64,000 nucleotides of DNA from Chitinophagaceae bacterium. Its GTDB lineage: Bacteria > Bacteroidota > Bacteroidia > Chitinophagales > UBA10324. The first letter of the stretch is position 1. Each line of letters begins with the position of its first letter. Made by a program: the position numbers and the translations under genes. The notes beneath the pieces were generated by a model. It saw only the letters and a list, made by a program, of their open reading frames with translations, made no database searches and had not been told where the DNA came from. This document shows positions 38,575 to 48,586 of this stretch, piece by piece. The stretch lies in contig JADJAG010000001.1 of NCBI GenBank assembly GCA_016704325.1, forward strand, positions 320,787 through 384,786, written 5' to 3'.

Positions 38575-39345
38575 CTAAAAACGCAAGTGCTTCACAGTGT
38601 CTCCGTTATTGATCAGTTGTTTTAGCGAGTCAATACCAATCTTAAGGTGAAGTGCTGTAAACTCATCCGTTACTTTCTTGTCGCTCTCCTCCGTTTTCAC
38701 TCCTTCCGGGATCATTGGTTGATCCGAAACCAGCAATAATGCTCCGGCAGGTATCTTATTCTTAAATGCAGTAATAAAGAGGGTAGCTGTTTCCATATCA
38801 ATTGCCATGCATCGCAATTGTTGCAAATACTTTTTAAATGGCTCATCGTACTCCCAAACCCTCCTGTTTGTTGTATATACCGTACCGGTCCAGTAATCGC
38901 GTTTATAATCCCTTATGGTGGTTGAAATAGCTTTCTGGAGGGCAAATGCAGGCAGGGCCGGCATCTCTGCCGGAAAATAGTCATTAGAGGTTCCTTCTCC
39001 CCTGATAGCGGCGATCGGAAGTATCAGATCACCGATTTCGTTCTTTTTCTTCAGGCCGCCACACTTACCCAAAAATAAAACAGCATTGGGCTCAATCGCC
39101 GAAAGCAAATCAATAATTGTTGCTGCATTCGCGCTACCCATTCCGAAATTAATGATAGTAATGCCATTGGCCGTCGCATTAATCATCGTTCTGTCCTTCC
39201 CAATTATTTTCACATTATGCCATTTGGCAAAAAGCGCTACATACCTGCTGAAATTAACGACGATTATGTATTTCCTGAAATCCGCCAACGGCAAACCGGT
39301 ATATCGAGGCAGCCAGTTGTCAACAATCTCTTTCTTTGTCTTCAT
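38575..39345 (-). CDS. Nucleoside phosphorylase-fold protein (short AMP-nucleosidase-like)
   Basis: PNP_UDP_1-type core: INFGMGSANAATIIDLL..., FLGKCGGL, IRGEGTS and DMETATLF. Confidence 0.7.
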   Translation of the reverse strand: MKTKKEIVDNWLPRYTGLPLADFRKYIIVVNFSRYVALFAKWHNVKIIGKDRTMINATANGITIINFGMGSANAATIIDLLSAIEPNAVLFLGKCGGLKKKNEIGDLILPIAAIRGEGTSNDYFPAEMPALPAFALQKAISTTIRDYKRDYWTGTVYTTNRRVWEYDEPFKKYLQQLRCMAIDMETATLFITAFKNKIPAGALLLVSDQPMIPEGVKTEESDKKVTDEFTALHLKIGIDSLKQLINNGDTVKHLRF

Positions 39346-39426
39346 GAAATCAAAAATACAGTAATTTGTTGCTGTTTCAAATCAGCGGATGGGCTAGTTA
39401 CCACCGGAGCCTGCTGTTTTCTATCC

Positions 39427-39876
39427 ATGAAAATTACCATACCCCAATACAATTTTGTTATAAAGCATGAAAATGGCCAGGCCAGGATATTTGATTCAAT
39501 ACGGAAAAAGTTTGTAGCATTTACCCCTGAAGAATGGGTGCGGCAACACTGGCTGCGTTACCTGGTTGAAGAAAGAAATTATCCGAGATCACTGATAGCA
39601 GTAGAACTATCGCTAAAGCTAAATAGCCTTTCGAAACGTTGTGATATTGCTGTTTATGGAAGAAACGGCAAGCCGCAACTGATTATTGAATGTAAATCTG
39701 CAAGCATCAAACTCACTCAAAAAGTATTTGATCAGATTGCACGATATAACCTCGCGCTAAAAGTGAAGTATCTGGTTGTCTCAAATGGCGAAAAAAGCTA
39801 TTGTTGCATCATCGATACAGAGAATGGCAGTTATCAATTTATTGAAGAGCTGCCTTCAGCCAGTGAATTCATCTGA
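39427..39876 (+). CDS. HsdR-N-like PD-(D/E)xK nuclease-fold protein (small, stand-alone)
   Basis: ATG 39427 is chosen because the ORF-track extension overlaps the previous gene. PEEWVRQ..., then CDIAVY...PQLIIECKS gives the D...ExK triad. Confidence 0.7.
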   Translation: MKITIPQYNFVIKHENGQARIFDSIRKKFVAFTPEEWVRQHWLRYLVEERNYPRSLIAVELSLKLNSLSKRCDIAVYGRNGKPQLIIECKSASIKLTQKVFDQIARYNLALKVKYLVVSNGEKSYCCIIDTENGSYQFIEELPSASEFI

Positions 39877-39890
39877 TCAATTAATACGAC

Positions 39891-40604
39891 ATGAAAAAGG
39901 TAATCATAGTTGGAGCTTCGTCAGGTATTGGCAGGGCCCTTGCTATTCTTTTTGCCAGACAAAATTGGATGGTTGGCGTAACAGGCCGAAGGAAGGAATT
40001 ACTGCATGAGCTTTATGATCTGTATCCGGAACATGTCGTACCTCTTGCGTTTGACAATACCGGGGAGGATGCTACTGATAAATTGCAACAGCTGATCTCA
40101 AAACTGGAGGGTTTAGATTTGCTGGTGTTAAGTTCAGGAACCGGCAATATAAATACCGCGCTGGATTGGTCCATTGAAGAAGAGACCTTAGTACTTAATG
40201 TAGTCGCATGGACACGGATTGCAGACTATACGTTTAATTATTTCAAAGCACAAGGAAGCGGGCATTTCGCAGCAATTACTTCGATTGCAGCAATACGAGG
40301 TGAAGGAAGAGCTCCTGCTTATAATGCAAGCAAATCATTTCAGGCAAACTACTTGCAAGGGTTAAGAAAAATGGCCATTCATAAAAAATTACGAATTTCT
40401 ATTACGGACATCCAACCGGGATTTGTACACACGACCATGGCAAAGGGAACAGGTCGCTTCTGGGAAGCCACTCCTGAAAAAGCTGCAAGGCAAATGCTAC
40501 CGGCAATACTCCATAAAAGGAAGAAAGTCTACATTACAAAACGGTGGTGGTTTATTGCACAAATGTTGAAGATACTTCCTGACTACCTCTACAACAGGTT
40601 ATAA
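39891..40604 (+). CDS. Short-chain dehydrogenase/reductase
   Basis: VIIVGASSGIGRAL (TGxxxGxG-type) and the catalytic YNASK. Confidence 0.85.
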   Translation: MKKVIIVGASSGIGRALAILFARQNWMVGVTGRRKELLHELYDLYPEHVVPLAFDNTGEDATDKLQQLISKLEGLDLLVLSSGTGNINTALDWSIEEETLVLNVVAWTRIADYTFNYFKAQGSGHFAAITSIAAIRGEGRAPAYNASKSFQANYLQGLRKMAIHKKLRISITDIQPGFVHTTMAKGTGRFWEATPEKAARQMLPAILHKRKKVYITKRWWFIAQMLKILPDYLYNRL

Positions 40605-40633
40605 GTAATACACGCTATCATAAACCTTTAGGT

Positions 40634-40670
40634 AAAAAAATACCCCTGTCAAATTGGAAAGACAGGGGTA
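40634..40670 (-). terminator. Rho-independent terminator for the CRTAC1-like gene (shared intergenic with the SDR gene)
   Basis: Stem tacccctgtc (40641-40650) pairs with gacaggggta (40661-40670). On the minus strand a T7 run follows (complement of 40634-40640). Confidence 0.7.
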
Positions 40671-40695
40671 TTCAGTAATCTCAGCCAATGGAATA

Positions 40696-42987
40696 TTACA
40701 TAGTTCCCATGTGGTGGTGGTCCATATTGGTGGTATCTCCTGCAGCCATTCTGCGTTCCATGGTTTTAAATTCAAACGGTTTAATTTCCCATGGTGTTAG
40801 CTGCTTATCGCCTTCCTTAGCCTTGTAAATTTTATTTACAGCAACGTTGGTGTAAATATCCTTTTGACCGGTAGCCGGCCAGGTTACTTCAATTTCATCG
40901 ATAACTGTTGCTTTTCCAACACCGGCCTGCAGGCGGATTGGATTTCCGCCAAAGCTTGCACCCTTGCTTACAGTCAGGTAAGTTGACCGTTTTGTTCCAT
41001 TATCTGAAAAGGTCAGCTTAACGCGTGCACCAATGGCTGCTTTATTGCTTTTAACACCTTCAAACTTGATATTTACCCAGTTATTATTGAAACCCGGATT
41101 TTCGTACAGTGCATTTTCATAAATGTCGCCATAGTAGAATCCTCCAAAGTCAGCATACACATCCTGATCACCATCCATATCAAAATCACAGAAGGCTATT
41201 GCATGTCCTTTCTGCAACTGGCCAAAACCTCCGGAGATAGTGCAATCCTGGAAATTTTTCCCTTCATTGTTGCGGAACATCCTGTTTGGGAAAATTGCTT
41301 TGTAATCAGGTGCACCAATACCCAAATAGAAGTCAAGCCAGCCATCATTATCCAGATCACCAAAGTTACAGCCCATCGTGAATGTTTCATACTGAATGTT
41401 TGCCTGTTTGGCTACATTGGTAAATGTTCCATTCTTATTGTTCAGGTAAAGACATGGGAATAAGGTTGAATCCATTGGCAATCCCATAAATTCACGACAA
41501 CTGTTGATAGTATAGCCGGGCTGATAGGCAGATACATATAGATCATCATACCCGTCATTGTTATAATCAAACCACCAGCAAGGGAAATTGGAAGGTGTAC
41601 CTGAACAACCGGCTTCCTTGGTTACGTCTGTAAAATGCACCTTACCATTCTTCAACCCGTCATTCCTGTAAAGTCGTGCCGGTTTCTGAAAGCTTGAAGC
41701 ATACAAGTCCGGATATCCATCATTATTGTAATCGCCCCATGAAGCCCCTTTAATATAAAGTTTGAAGTCGATTCCTGACTCATGTGAAATATCTGTAAAG
41801 GTTTCATCACCATTATTCAGGTAAAGATTGCTTTGATAACCCATTTCATGTCCAAGAAACAAATCAACGTCACCATCTTTGTCGACATCAGCCCATTCCG
41901 CACTTTGTGTCGGGTTATAGTTCATCAGGCCGGCTTTAATGGTTACATCACTAAAGGTACCATCACCATTGTTGCGCATTAGGGACGGAGGTAAATGGCC
42001 TGCTTCATATTTCCAGCCACCTCGCGGAATAAAGAAATCCATATTGCCATCATTATTATAATCCATATGCACCACATTCAGTCCTTCCATTTGACCTTTT
42101 AACTTTGCACGTTCTGTATAATCGGTAAATGTTCCGTCACCATTATTGTGAAAAAATTTTACATTATCATCAAGAATGGCGCTTGAACTAATGATATCAA
42201 TATAACCATCATTATCAAAGTCTTCGGCACAAACACCACCGGCCCAACCGGTATTCTCAATACCCAGATCCATCGCCACTTCATTGAAACGCGGACACTC
42301 CCATTCATTCTTATAGAGGGATTCGTCTATAAGCAACTTCTTTGGTACTTCAGGTGGCACAGATCCATATGCCTGGCAGGCAATATTCAGCAGCCAGATG
42401 GATAGGTAATCTTTAGGCTTCTTTTCAATTATTTTTAAATAACGCCGGATTGCTTCTTCAACTGGTTTCTTCATTTCATGAACACCGGTGCCGGAAATAG
42501 GAAAAGCGCAGGAAGCATCATTACGATTTTCGAGGCAATTTTGCTGCTCTCCCACTCTCAAATAGGCAATTGCCAGAAAACTCTCCAGGGAATCGATCTT
42601 TGACCAACCTTTTTCATTTGCTTTAACATTAGCTGCATTGCTCATATAGGCCGGATCATTTTCCAATACCAGTAAATAGTCAATGCCTTTTTGTGTGGTG
42701 CCGTTAAAAATATGCTGCAATCCTAATGAAAACTGCAGTTTTTGATTAGCAGGATCCTTTTCCAGCCGCTTTTCAAGAATCGGAATCATTTCATTATTCC
42801 TGCCATACAATGTAAACGGATCTGATTCCCTTATTATCTCCAGATAAATCTCCGGCATGGTAGTGCTTTCAATCTTCAGGTTGGCATAAGCTGATTTAGC
42901 CTTCAGCTTCATCTTAAAAAAAACAAAACTTCCCATCAGAACGATGGCTACTGCGGAAACAAGGAAGATAATTCTGCCCTTTTTCAT
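40696..42987 (-). CDS. CRTAC1/ASPIC-UnbV family protein with FG-GAP/VCBS repeats and an N-terminal TPR-like region
   Basis: There are seven Ca-binding-type repeats (DFDNDGYIDI, DYNNDGNMDFF, DVDKDGDVDLF, DYNNDGYPDLY, DYNNDGYDDLY, DLDNDGWLDFY, DFDMDGDQDVY). The C-terminal UnbV_ASPIC-like segment is GARVKL...SKGASFGGNPIRLQAGVGKATVIDEIEVTWP. Confidence 0.8.
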   Translation of the reverse strand: MKKGRIIFLVSAVAIVLMGSFVFFKMKLKAKSAYANLKIESTTMPEIYLEIIRESDPFTLYGRNNEMIPILEKRLEKDPANQKLQFSLGLQHIFNGTTQKGIDYLLVLENDPAYMSNAANVKANEKGWSKIDSLESFLAIAYLRVGEQQNCLENRNDASCAFPISGTGVHEMKKPVEEAIRRYLKIIEKKPKDYLSIWLLNIACQAYGSVPPEVPKKLLIDESLYKNEWECPRFNEVAMDLGIENTGWAGGVCAEDFDNDGYIDIISSSAILDDNVKFFHNNGDGTFTDYTERAKLKGQMEGLNVVHMDYNNDGNMDFFIPRGGWKYEAGHLPPSLMRNNGDGTFSDVTIKAGLMNYNPTQSAEWADVDKDGDVDLFLGHEMGYQSNLYLNNGDETFTDISHESGIDFKLYIKGASWGDYNNDGYPDLYASSFQKPARLYRNDGLKNGKVHFTDVTKEAGCSGTPSNFPCWWFDYNNDGYDDLYVSAYQPGYTINSCREFMGLPMDSTLFPCLYLNNKNGTFTNVAKQANIQYETFTMGCNFGDLDNDGWLDFYLGIGAPDYKAIFPNRMFRNNEGKNFQDCTISGGFGQLQKGHAIAFCDFDMDGDQDVYADFGGFYYGDIYENALYENPGFNNNWVNIKFEGVKSNKAAIGARVKLTFSDNGTKRSTYLTVSKGASFGGNPIRLQAGVGKATVIDEIEVTWPATGQKDIYTNVAVNKIYKAKEGDKQLTPWEIKPFEFKTMERRMAAGDTTNMDHHHMGTM

Positions 42988-43124
42988 CTTGGTTTGGTTT
43001 GTGTGAAATAAAATTTTGAAAGGGCAAATATAAGACGAGATTTCAAGCCTCTTTTTTTTACACGTAAATTATGCTTAACAGGATGTAAATGTTTGTTAAG
43101 GAAAAGCAAAGAGGTAGCTATAAA

Positions 43125-43724
43125 TTAAAGAGAATGACTTCTACACATTATCAATATTTTCAAACCGACTGTTAAAACAATTATTGCAAACTTAAATAGG
43201 TCAACGTAAGAATGGTCTATTAAATTAAATTGCTCAGGAAGTGTTTTTCCGTTCGTGATAAAAACAGTAATCATCCCCGCTTTCTTTCCAAATTCCATAT
43301 CGCTCACAGAATCGCCTACCATAATTGAACGGGTAAAGTCTATTTCGGGAAAATCTTTCTTAGACTGTAATGCCATACCAATTCCCGGTTTCCTGAAGTC
43401 GCTGTTTTCCTGTTTAAGATGTGGTGAGTAATAAACATGATCAATTCTTCCACCTGTTTTTTTTACCTGATTAATGATATATGCATGAATTGATTCAACA
43501 TCCTCGCCTGACATCAATCCTTTACCAACACCCTGTTGATTGGTAACAATAATTATTCTGCCAAAAACTGATGCCAGCTTTTTCAAAGCTTCCTGCACAC
43601 CCGGCAACCATTCGAATTGAGGCAGGTTACGGACATAATCACCATCTATCTTTCTATTAATAACTCCGTCGCGGTCAAGGAATAAGGTCCAACCGCTATT
43701 GATGTGTAAATTTTTCCAATTCAT
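43125..43724 (-). CDS. gmhB: D-glycero-D-manno-heptose 1,7-bisphosphate phosphatase (HAD-IIIA)
   Basis: FLDRDGVIN, VTNQQGV, RKPGIGM and VGDSVSDMEFGKKAG. The start is ATG 43724 or 43739, and both overlap the upstream gene's stop (43696). Confidence 0.8.
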   Translation of the reverse strand: MNWKNLHINSGWTLFLDRDGVINRKIDGDYVRNLPQFEWLPGVQEALKKLASVFGRIIIVTNQQGVGKGLMSGEDVESIHAYIINQVKKTGGRIDHVYYSPHLKQENSDFRKPGIGMALQSKKDFPEIDFTRSIMVGDSVSDMEFGKKAGMITVFITNGKTLPEQFNLIDHSYVDLFKFAIIVLTVGLKILIMCRSHSL

Positions 43725-44403
43725 TTTTTGCACGTTCATAGTCCTCAGGAATTCCGATATCGATGAAATAATCATTAAAAGCTACTCCGAGAAACTTCTG
43801 TTTGCTGCAATAAGGTTCCATGAGGTCTTTCTCGAAGGAAAATTTTTCCGGAAACAGCAATATTTCAAAGAGTTTTCTGTCAAGCAGATAGATTCCGCCA
43901 TTAATATTTCCGTGACTGTAATATTTTTTCTCCTCAAAAGAACTTATTACACCTTCATTATCAGTAACCACTACCCCATATCGATCGAAATCTGACATGC
44001 TTTTTAGTGCAATAGAAAGCATCAACCGGCTCTTATGATGTTCCAGGTAAAAATTTTCCAGGTCAATAGCAAAGAAAGTATCCCCGTTAAAAACAAAAAA
44101 GGAACTTTCCTCCACACTCTTCACTGCTTTCATAATGGCTCCACCGGTACCGAGTGGCGCATCTTCAATACAATAGCTTAATTCAATAGAACGATACGAA
44201 CTTCCAAAATAGTCACTAATCGTTTCCCACTTATACCCGACTGACAGGATGCATTTATTTATTCCCTGTATGACCAAATAGTCGAGCAGGTGCTGAAGAA
44301 ACGGTTTACCATTGATATCGGCCATAGGCTTAGGACGGTCCTTTACAACTGCCTGTAGCCTGGTGCCAAAGCCTCCTGCCAAAATTATGGCGGTGTTAAT
44401 CAT
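43696..44403 (-). CDS. hddC: Sugar-1-phosphate nucleotidyltransferase, HddC-like (heptose-1-phosphate guanylyltransferase)
   Basis: AIILAGGFGTRL...KPM opening, 235 aa. The call is by context between gmhA and gmhB and next to a GHMP heptose kinase. Confidence 0.7.
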   Translation of the reverse strand: MINTAIILAGGFGTRLQAVVKDRPKPMADINGKPFLQHLLDYLVIQGINKCILSVGYKWETISDYFGSSYRSIELSYCIEDAPLGTGGAIMKAVKSVEESSFFVFNGDTFFAIDLENFYLEHHKSRLMLSIALKSMSDFDRYGVVVTDNEGVISSFEEKKYYSHGNINGGIYLLDRKLFEILLFPEKFSFEKDLMEPYCSKQKFLGVAFNDYFIDIGIPEDYERAKNELEKFTHQ

Positions 44404-44466
44404 TTCCCATGGTTGAAAGTTTCAAATAATACCTATCCTGATGTAATAACAATCGGGATCCTTTTA

Positions 44467-45048
44467 TTACTTCCCTCTTTCAAACATTCTTTCTTCTACC
44501 AGTTCGCAGATAATATGACCCATCATAATATGCGATTCCTGTATCCGGGGAGTATCACCGGAAGGAGCATTAAGTAATATTGTTGACAACGATTTCATTT
44601 TTCCTCCTGATTCACCGGTCATCCCAACTGTTATCATTCCAATTTCATTCGCCAGTTCAAAGGCTTTAAGCACATTACCTGAATTGCCAGAGGTTGAAAT
44701 ACCTACCAGTACATCCCCTTTCCTGCCCCTGGCCTTGATTAAACGTGAATAGACCTGGTCGTAAGAATAGTCGTTGGCTACTGCGGTGAGATAAGAAGTA
44801 TTTACATGCAAAGCTTCTGCATCCAATGGATCACGGTCGAAGTAAAAACGCCCGCTTAATTCCGCAGCAATATGTTGTGCGTCGGCAGCACTTCCTCCAT
44901 TACCACAGAAAAGCACTTTACCATCATGGGCATAGCAATTGACAATTTCGTCGGCGACCTTCTGAAGGGCTGATATCAGCATTGGGTCATGCAGTATTTT
45001 TTCTTTTACTGAAATCGAAGCGGTAATAATCTCTTTTATTTTATTCAT
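44467..45048 (-). CDS. gmhA: D-sedoheptulose-7-phosphate isomerase
   Basis: SIS domain with FCGNGGSAADAQHIAAEL, ISTSGNS, and the E..H near the C-terminus (QESHIMMGH). Confidence 0.9.
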   Translation of the reverse strand: MNKIKEIITASISVKEKILHDPMLISALQKVADEIVNCYAHDGKVLFCGNGGSAADAQHIAAELSGRFYFDRDPLDAEALHVNTSYLTAVANDYSYDQVYSRLIKARGRKGDVLVGISTSGNSGNVLKAFELANEIGMITVGMTGESGGKMKSLSTILLNAPSGDTPRIQESHIMMGHIICELVEERMFERGK

Positions 45049-45101
45049 TTTGAAGCTTTATCGTTTAGTTACAAATTAATCTTTTAACAATTTTTATGAA
45101 T

Positions 45102-46136
45102 CTACCTGGCAAGCCATGAAGTCATCCCGGTCTTTGTAAACTGAAACCTCCTAAACTCACCGCCAAACTGATGCAACCGGTCAAGAACTGCATACCGTGT
45201 GTGCTTAGGGCAATAGAAAAACATGAATCCTCCCCCGCCAGCACCTGAAATTTTTCCTCCGCTGGCTCCAGCAGTTAAAGCCGCTTCATAAATTTCATCA
45301 ATCATCGGATTAGAAATTCCTTCCGCCGTTTGTTTCTTAAACTGCCAGCCGTAATTCAGGATTTCTCCAATTTCACCCAGGTTACCTTGTAATATGGCTT
45401 CTTTCATTTGCACTGCCTGCTCTTTCAGGTTATGCATGGCGTCGATTGATTTCTCCTTTTTGGCAGTGATGTTGACACTCTGCATTTCGATAATCTTTGA
45501 TGAAAGGCGGCTGGTGCCTGTGTAGTATAGCAATAGGTTGGCCTGCATTTCATTCAGGTAGTTCTCTTTTATGCGAAGCGGATTTACGATTACTTTATCG
45601 TCTTTATAGAATTCCATGAAATTGAATCCTCCGAAAGTTGCTGCATATTGATCCTGCTTTCCCCCGGCCATGGCAAGGTCTTTACGTTCTATATCGAAGG
45701 CCAACTTTGCCATATCATACTCACCAAGCGGAAGCTTAAGCCATTCTGCAAAAGCGCCGATTATGGCTACTACCAACGTGGATGAGGTACCCAATCCGGA
45801 ACCGGCAGGTGCATCCACATAAGTTGATAAGCGAAAACTCAACGGCTTATGTGTGTAATCCTTTACAATACGGTTATAGATGCCCTTTGCCAAAACCAGT
45901 TCTCCATCAACAGGAAGCTCTTCCGTTGCATCAAACTCAATTATCTCTTTCTTATCTATTGCATGAATAATGATTTTGCCGGTATCGAGGGGTTCTATTG
46001 TCGCGTAGGCAAACAGGCTAATGGTGGCATTTAATATTGCTCCTCCATACTGGTCTGAATAGGGACTTACATCTGTTCCTCCACCTGCTAATCCAATTCG
46101 TAACGGTGCCCTGCTTCTTATGATCATGCTTTTCAT
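45102..46136 (-). CDS. hddA: GHMP-family sugar kinase, HddA-like (D-glycero-alpha-D-manno-heptose 7-phosphate kinase)
   Basis: RAPLRIGLAGGGTD opening, GHMP motif APAGSGLGTSST, and C-terminal GAGGGGFMFF. The start is ATG 46136 or 46127. Confidence 0.8.
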   Translation of the reverse strand: MKSMIIRSRAPLRIGLAGGGTDVSPYSDQYGGAILNATISLFAYATIEPLDTGKIIIHAIDKKEIIEFDATEELPVDGELVLAKGIYNRIVKDYTHKPLSFRLSTYVDAPAGSGLGTSSTLVVAIIGAFAEWLKLPLGEYDMAKLAFDIERKDLAMAGGKQDQYAATFGGFNFMEFYKDDKVIVNPLRIKENYLNEMQANLLLYYTGTSRLSSKIIEMQSVNITAKKEKSIDAMHNLKEQAVQMKEAILQGNLGEIGEILNYGWQFKKQTAEGISNPMIDEIYEAALTAGASGGKISGAGGGGFMFFYCPKHTRYAVLDRLHQFGGEFRRFQFTKTGMTSWLAR

Positions 46137-46212
46137 TTGGCGACAAAAATAGAAAAAGGGAAGTAAGTTGGCGAGCAATATTTGATAAGGTCATCTTCAA
46201 CCATTAAATACG

Positions 46213-46845
46213 CTACGATTCCTTAACAGATTTCCCTTCTGGGAATATTGTTCTATCATTCAACTGCAGCGTATATTCCATATGCCTCGCAACTTCTTTG
46301 GCAAGCTCTATACCATGGATTTTGCCAACCACCATCACACTCATATCAATACCTGCGGATATACCGGCTGCTGTTATTATTTTTCCGTTATCGATATATT
46401 TTACTTCCCGAACGAGCTTCGTTTTCGGAAATGTCTTTTCAAATTCTTCATAAGATTCATGGTGTGTTGTAGCAGATAATCCATTAAGCAGACCCGCATT
46501 ACCAAGAATGAAAGAGCCTGTACAGACACTTAAGACGAGACTGGCTGTTGATGCCTCATGCTTCACCCAGTTAAGCACAGGAACCTGATGCATTTGAATT
46601 TTACGACCATTGCCGCCCGGAATCACCAGTATATCAGATGGTGGACCCTCTGCAAAATTATAATCAGGAAGTATCCTGAAGTTGTTTCTTGCAAACTGCA
46701 TTTGTTCCGATTCAGCGACCAAATAAACATTAAACAGCTGTTTACCGGCCACCGTATTTGCCACATTAAAGACCTCGAACGGCCCTGCAAAGTCAAGCAC
46801 CTCTGCATCATTGAAAATAAAGATGGCTACATTAAGTGGTTTCAT
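46213..46845 (-). CDS. DJ-1/PfpI-family protein
   Basis: Nucleophile-elbow Cys in LSVCTGSFILGNAGLL; ITAAGISAGIDM. Confidence 0.85.
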   Translation of the reverse strand: MKPLNVAIFIFNDAEVLDFAGPFEVFNVANTVAGKQLFNVYLVAESEQMQFARNNFRILPDYNFAEGPPSDILVIPGGNGRKIQMHQVPVLNWVKHEASTASLVLSVCTGSFILGNAGLLNGLSATTHHESYEEFEKTFPKTKLVREVKYIDNGKIITAAGISAGIDMSVMVVGKIHGIELAKEVARHMEYTLQLNDRTIFPEGKSVKES

Positions 46846-46982
46846 AGTCTTTACTCTTTCTTTTCTTTACACATCACATTAAAATTTAAGTTTAACAAGA
46901 CTTAAGTTCAACCTACTCTTCCGGTATTGTCACGAATTTGGCCGGTGTATTATATCTGTCTTTCATCAAAAAGATAAATTAG

Positions 46983-47390
46983 CTACTTCCTGTCCCCTTT
47001 CCGGATTACGAGTTTCAGTGCTGACCAAATGTCATCCACGGCACAAACTTTTATATCCACCAGGCCTATTGACAAAGCTGCTTTACGGATTAACGCTTCA
47101 TTTACTGTCGTTTTAATTTTAGCTGCTGATTTATACCAAGAAACCCACAACATACCATTAGATGACATTTGCTGCTTCAATTGTGGCAATTGTTCTTCCA
47201 GCTCTGCTACATCATTAACAAAAAAGTGAATGAAGTCAATGCTGCCCACATTACCTGTTACCAGGCTTGCTCCATTCGGAAGGTGGCCAATCAAAGCAAA
47301 ATAATTATTTGGTGGATGTATGAGTAATACACGCGCACCTTCTTTAAGACCTAACTTTTTCACAAGAGGTGATCCTGAATATCCTGCCAT
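46983..47390 (-). CDS. DUF3052-like protein
   Basis: The MAGYSGSPLVKKLGLKEG opening matches the GYSGTPL.KKLGIK start I recall for DUF3052. 135 aa. Confidence 0.55.
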   Translation of the reverse strand: MAGYSGSPLVKKLGLKEGARVLLIHPPNNYFALIGHLPNGASLVTGNVGSIDFIHFFVNDVAELEEQLPQLKQQMSSNGMLWVSWYKSAAKIKTTVNEALIRKAALSIGLVDIKVCAVDDIWSALKLVIRKGDRK

Positions 47391-47601
47391 AACTTTTTAC
47401 TTTAATACAAAAATGAAATGAAACTTAACAATATGAACCCCCATTATCAAAATAGCCATTAGAAATTTAGTAGTGAGCATTCAATTGATCTTCGAATGTT
47501 TCCCTAAATAATCCTTGAGTAATACTAAGATACTTCGTCATAAATTTCGTGAAATTTTATTTACGAACCTATATGCAGGCAAATGTCCAATTCCGAAACT
47601 A

Positions 47602-47609
47602 TATCTTTG
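47602..47609 (+). promoter_or_regulatory. Bacteroidota -7 box TATCTTTG (purC)
   Basis: An exact TAnnTTTG 15 nt upstream of ATG 47624. Confidence 0.45.
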
Positions 47610-47623
47610 TTTAAAATCTTTGA

Positions 47624-48571
47624 ATGGGTAACACGATTTATCAAACCAACTTTCAGTTTCCACAACAAACATCGGTTTATCATGGTAAAGTTCGGGATGT
47701 TTATACGATTCGGGATCAATACCTGGTAATGATTGCAACGGATCGCATTTCCGCATTTGATGTAGTCCTTCCAAGGCCTATTCCACATAAAGGCCAAGTA
47801 CTGAACCAGGTTGCTGCCCATTTTCTGGAAGCCACTGCCGGTATTGTTCCAAATTGGGTAGTGAAAACACCTGATCCTAATGTAACAATTGGCAAAAAGT
47901 GTAACCCATTTAAAGTAGAGATGGTAATTCGCGGATACCTGGCAGGACATGCAGCCCGTGAATACAAATCAGGAAAAAGAATACTTTGTGGAGTGCCGTT
48001 GCCAGAAGGTATGAGAGAGAATGATCCGTTTCCGGAGCCTATAATTACACCAAGTACCAAAGCAGCTGCCGGGCATGACCTTGATATTTCAAGGGAAGAA
48101 ATTATTAAGCAGGGTATCGTTTCGGCAGAAATATATGAACAGATGGAAGACTGTACCAGGAAGCTGTTTGCTTTTGGCACACAGTATGCCCTAAAGCGTG
48201 GCCTGATTCTGGTAGACACGAAGTATGAATTTGGTGAGGTTGATGGCCGGCTCTATCTCATAGATGAAATACATACTCCTGATTCGTCCCGTTATTTTTA
48301 TAAAGATGGTTATGAACTTCGCCAGCTAAGAGGAGAACCGCAAAAGCAACTTTCCAAAGAGTTTGTTCGTGAATGGCTGATTGCAAATAATTTTATGGGC
48401 AAAGAAGGACAGCAGGTTCCTGCTATGAGCGATGAATGGATCAATATTATTTCGGAACGGTATATTGAATTGTATGAACAGATTACCGGAAAAAAATTCG
48501 AAAAACCACTTAATGAAAATGTGCTCGAACGGATAGAAAAAAATGTATTGACGGCACTCCAGGAAATATGA
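47624..48571 (+). CDS. purC: Phosphoribosylaminoimidazole-succinocarboxamide synthase (long, Ade1-like form)
   Basis: [16 protein letters not shown] and [23 protein letters not shown] box lies 15 nt upstream of the ATG. Confidence 0.9.
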   Translation: MGNTIYQTNFQFPQQTSVYHGKVRDVYTIRDQYLVMIATDRISAFDVVLPRPIPHKGQVLNQVAAHFLEATAGIVPNWVVKTPDPNVTIGKKCNPFKVEMVIRGYLAGHAAREYKSGKRILCGVPLPEGMRENDPFPEPIITPSTKAAAGHDLDISREEIIKQGIVSAEIYEQMEDCTRKLFAFGTQYALKRGLILVDTKYEFGEVDGRLYLIDEIHTPDSSRYFYKDGYELRQLRGEPQKQLSKEFVREWLIANNFMGKEGQQVPAMSDEWINIISERYIELYEQITGKKFEKPLNENVLERIEKNVLTALQEI

Positions 48572-48586
48572 TTACCGGTTTAGTTC

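Noticed and set aside
39217-39426. A long N-terminal extension of the HsdR-N-like ORF in the track (starting at 39217).
   Set aside because: It overlaps the 5' end of the convergently read AMP-nucleosidase-like gene by ~130 nt and translates to Cys-rich nonsense. The family-like sequence begins at ATG 39427.
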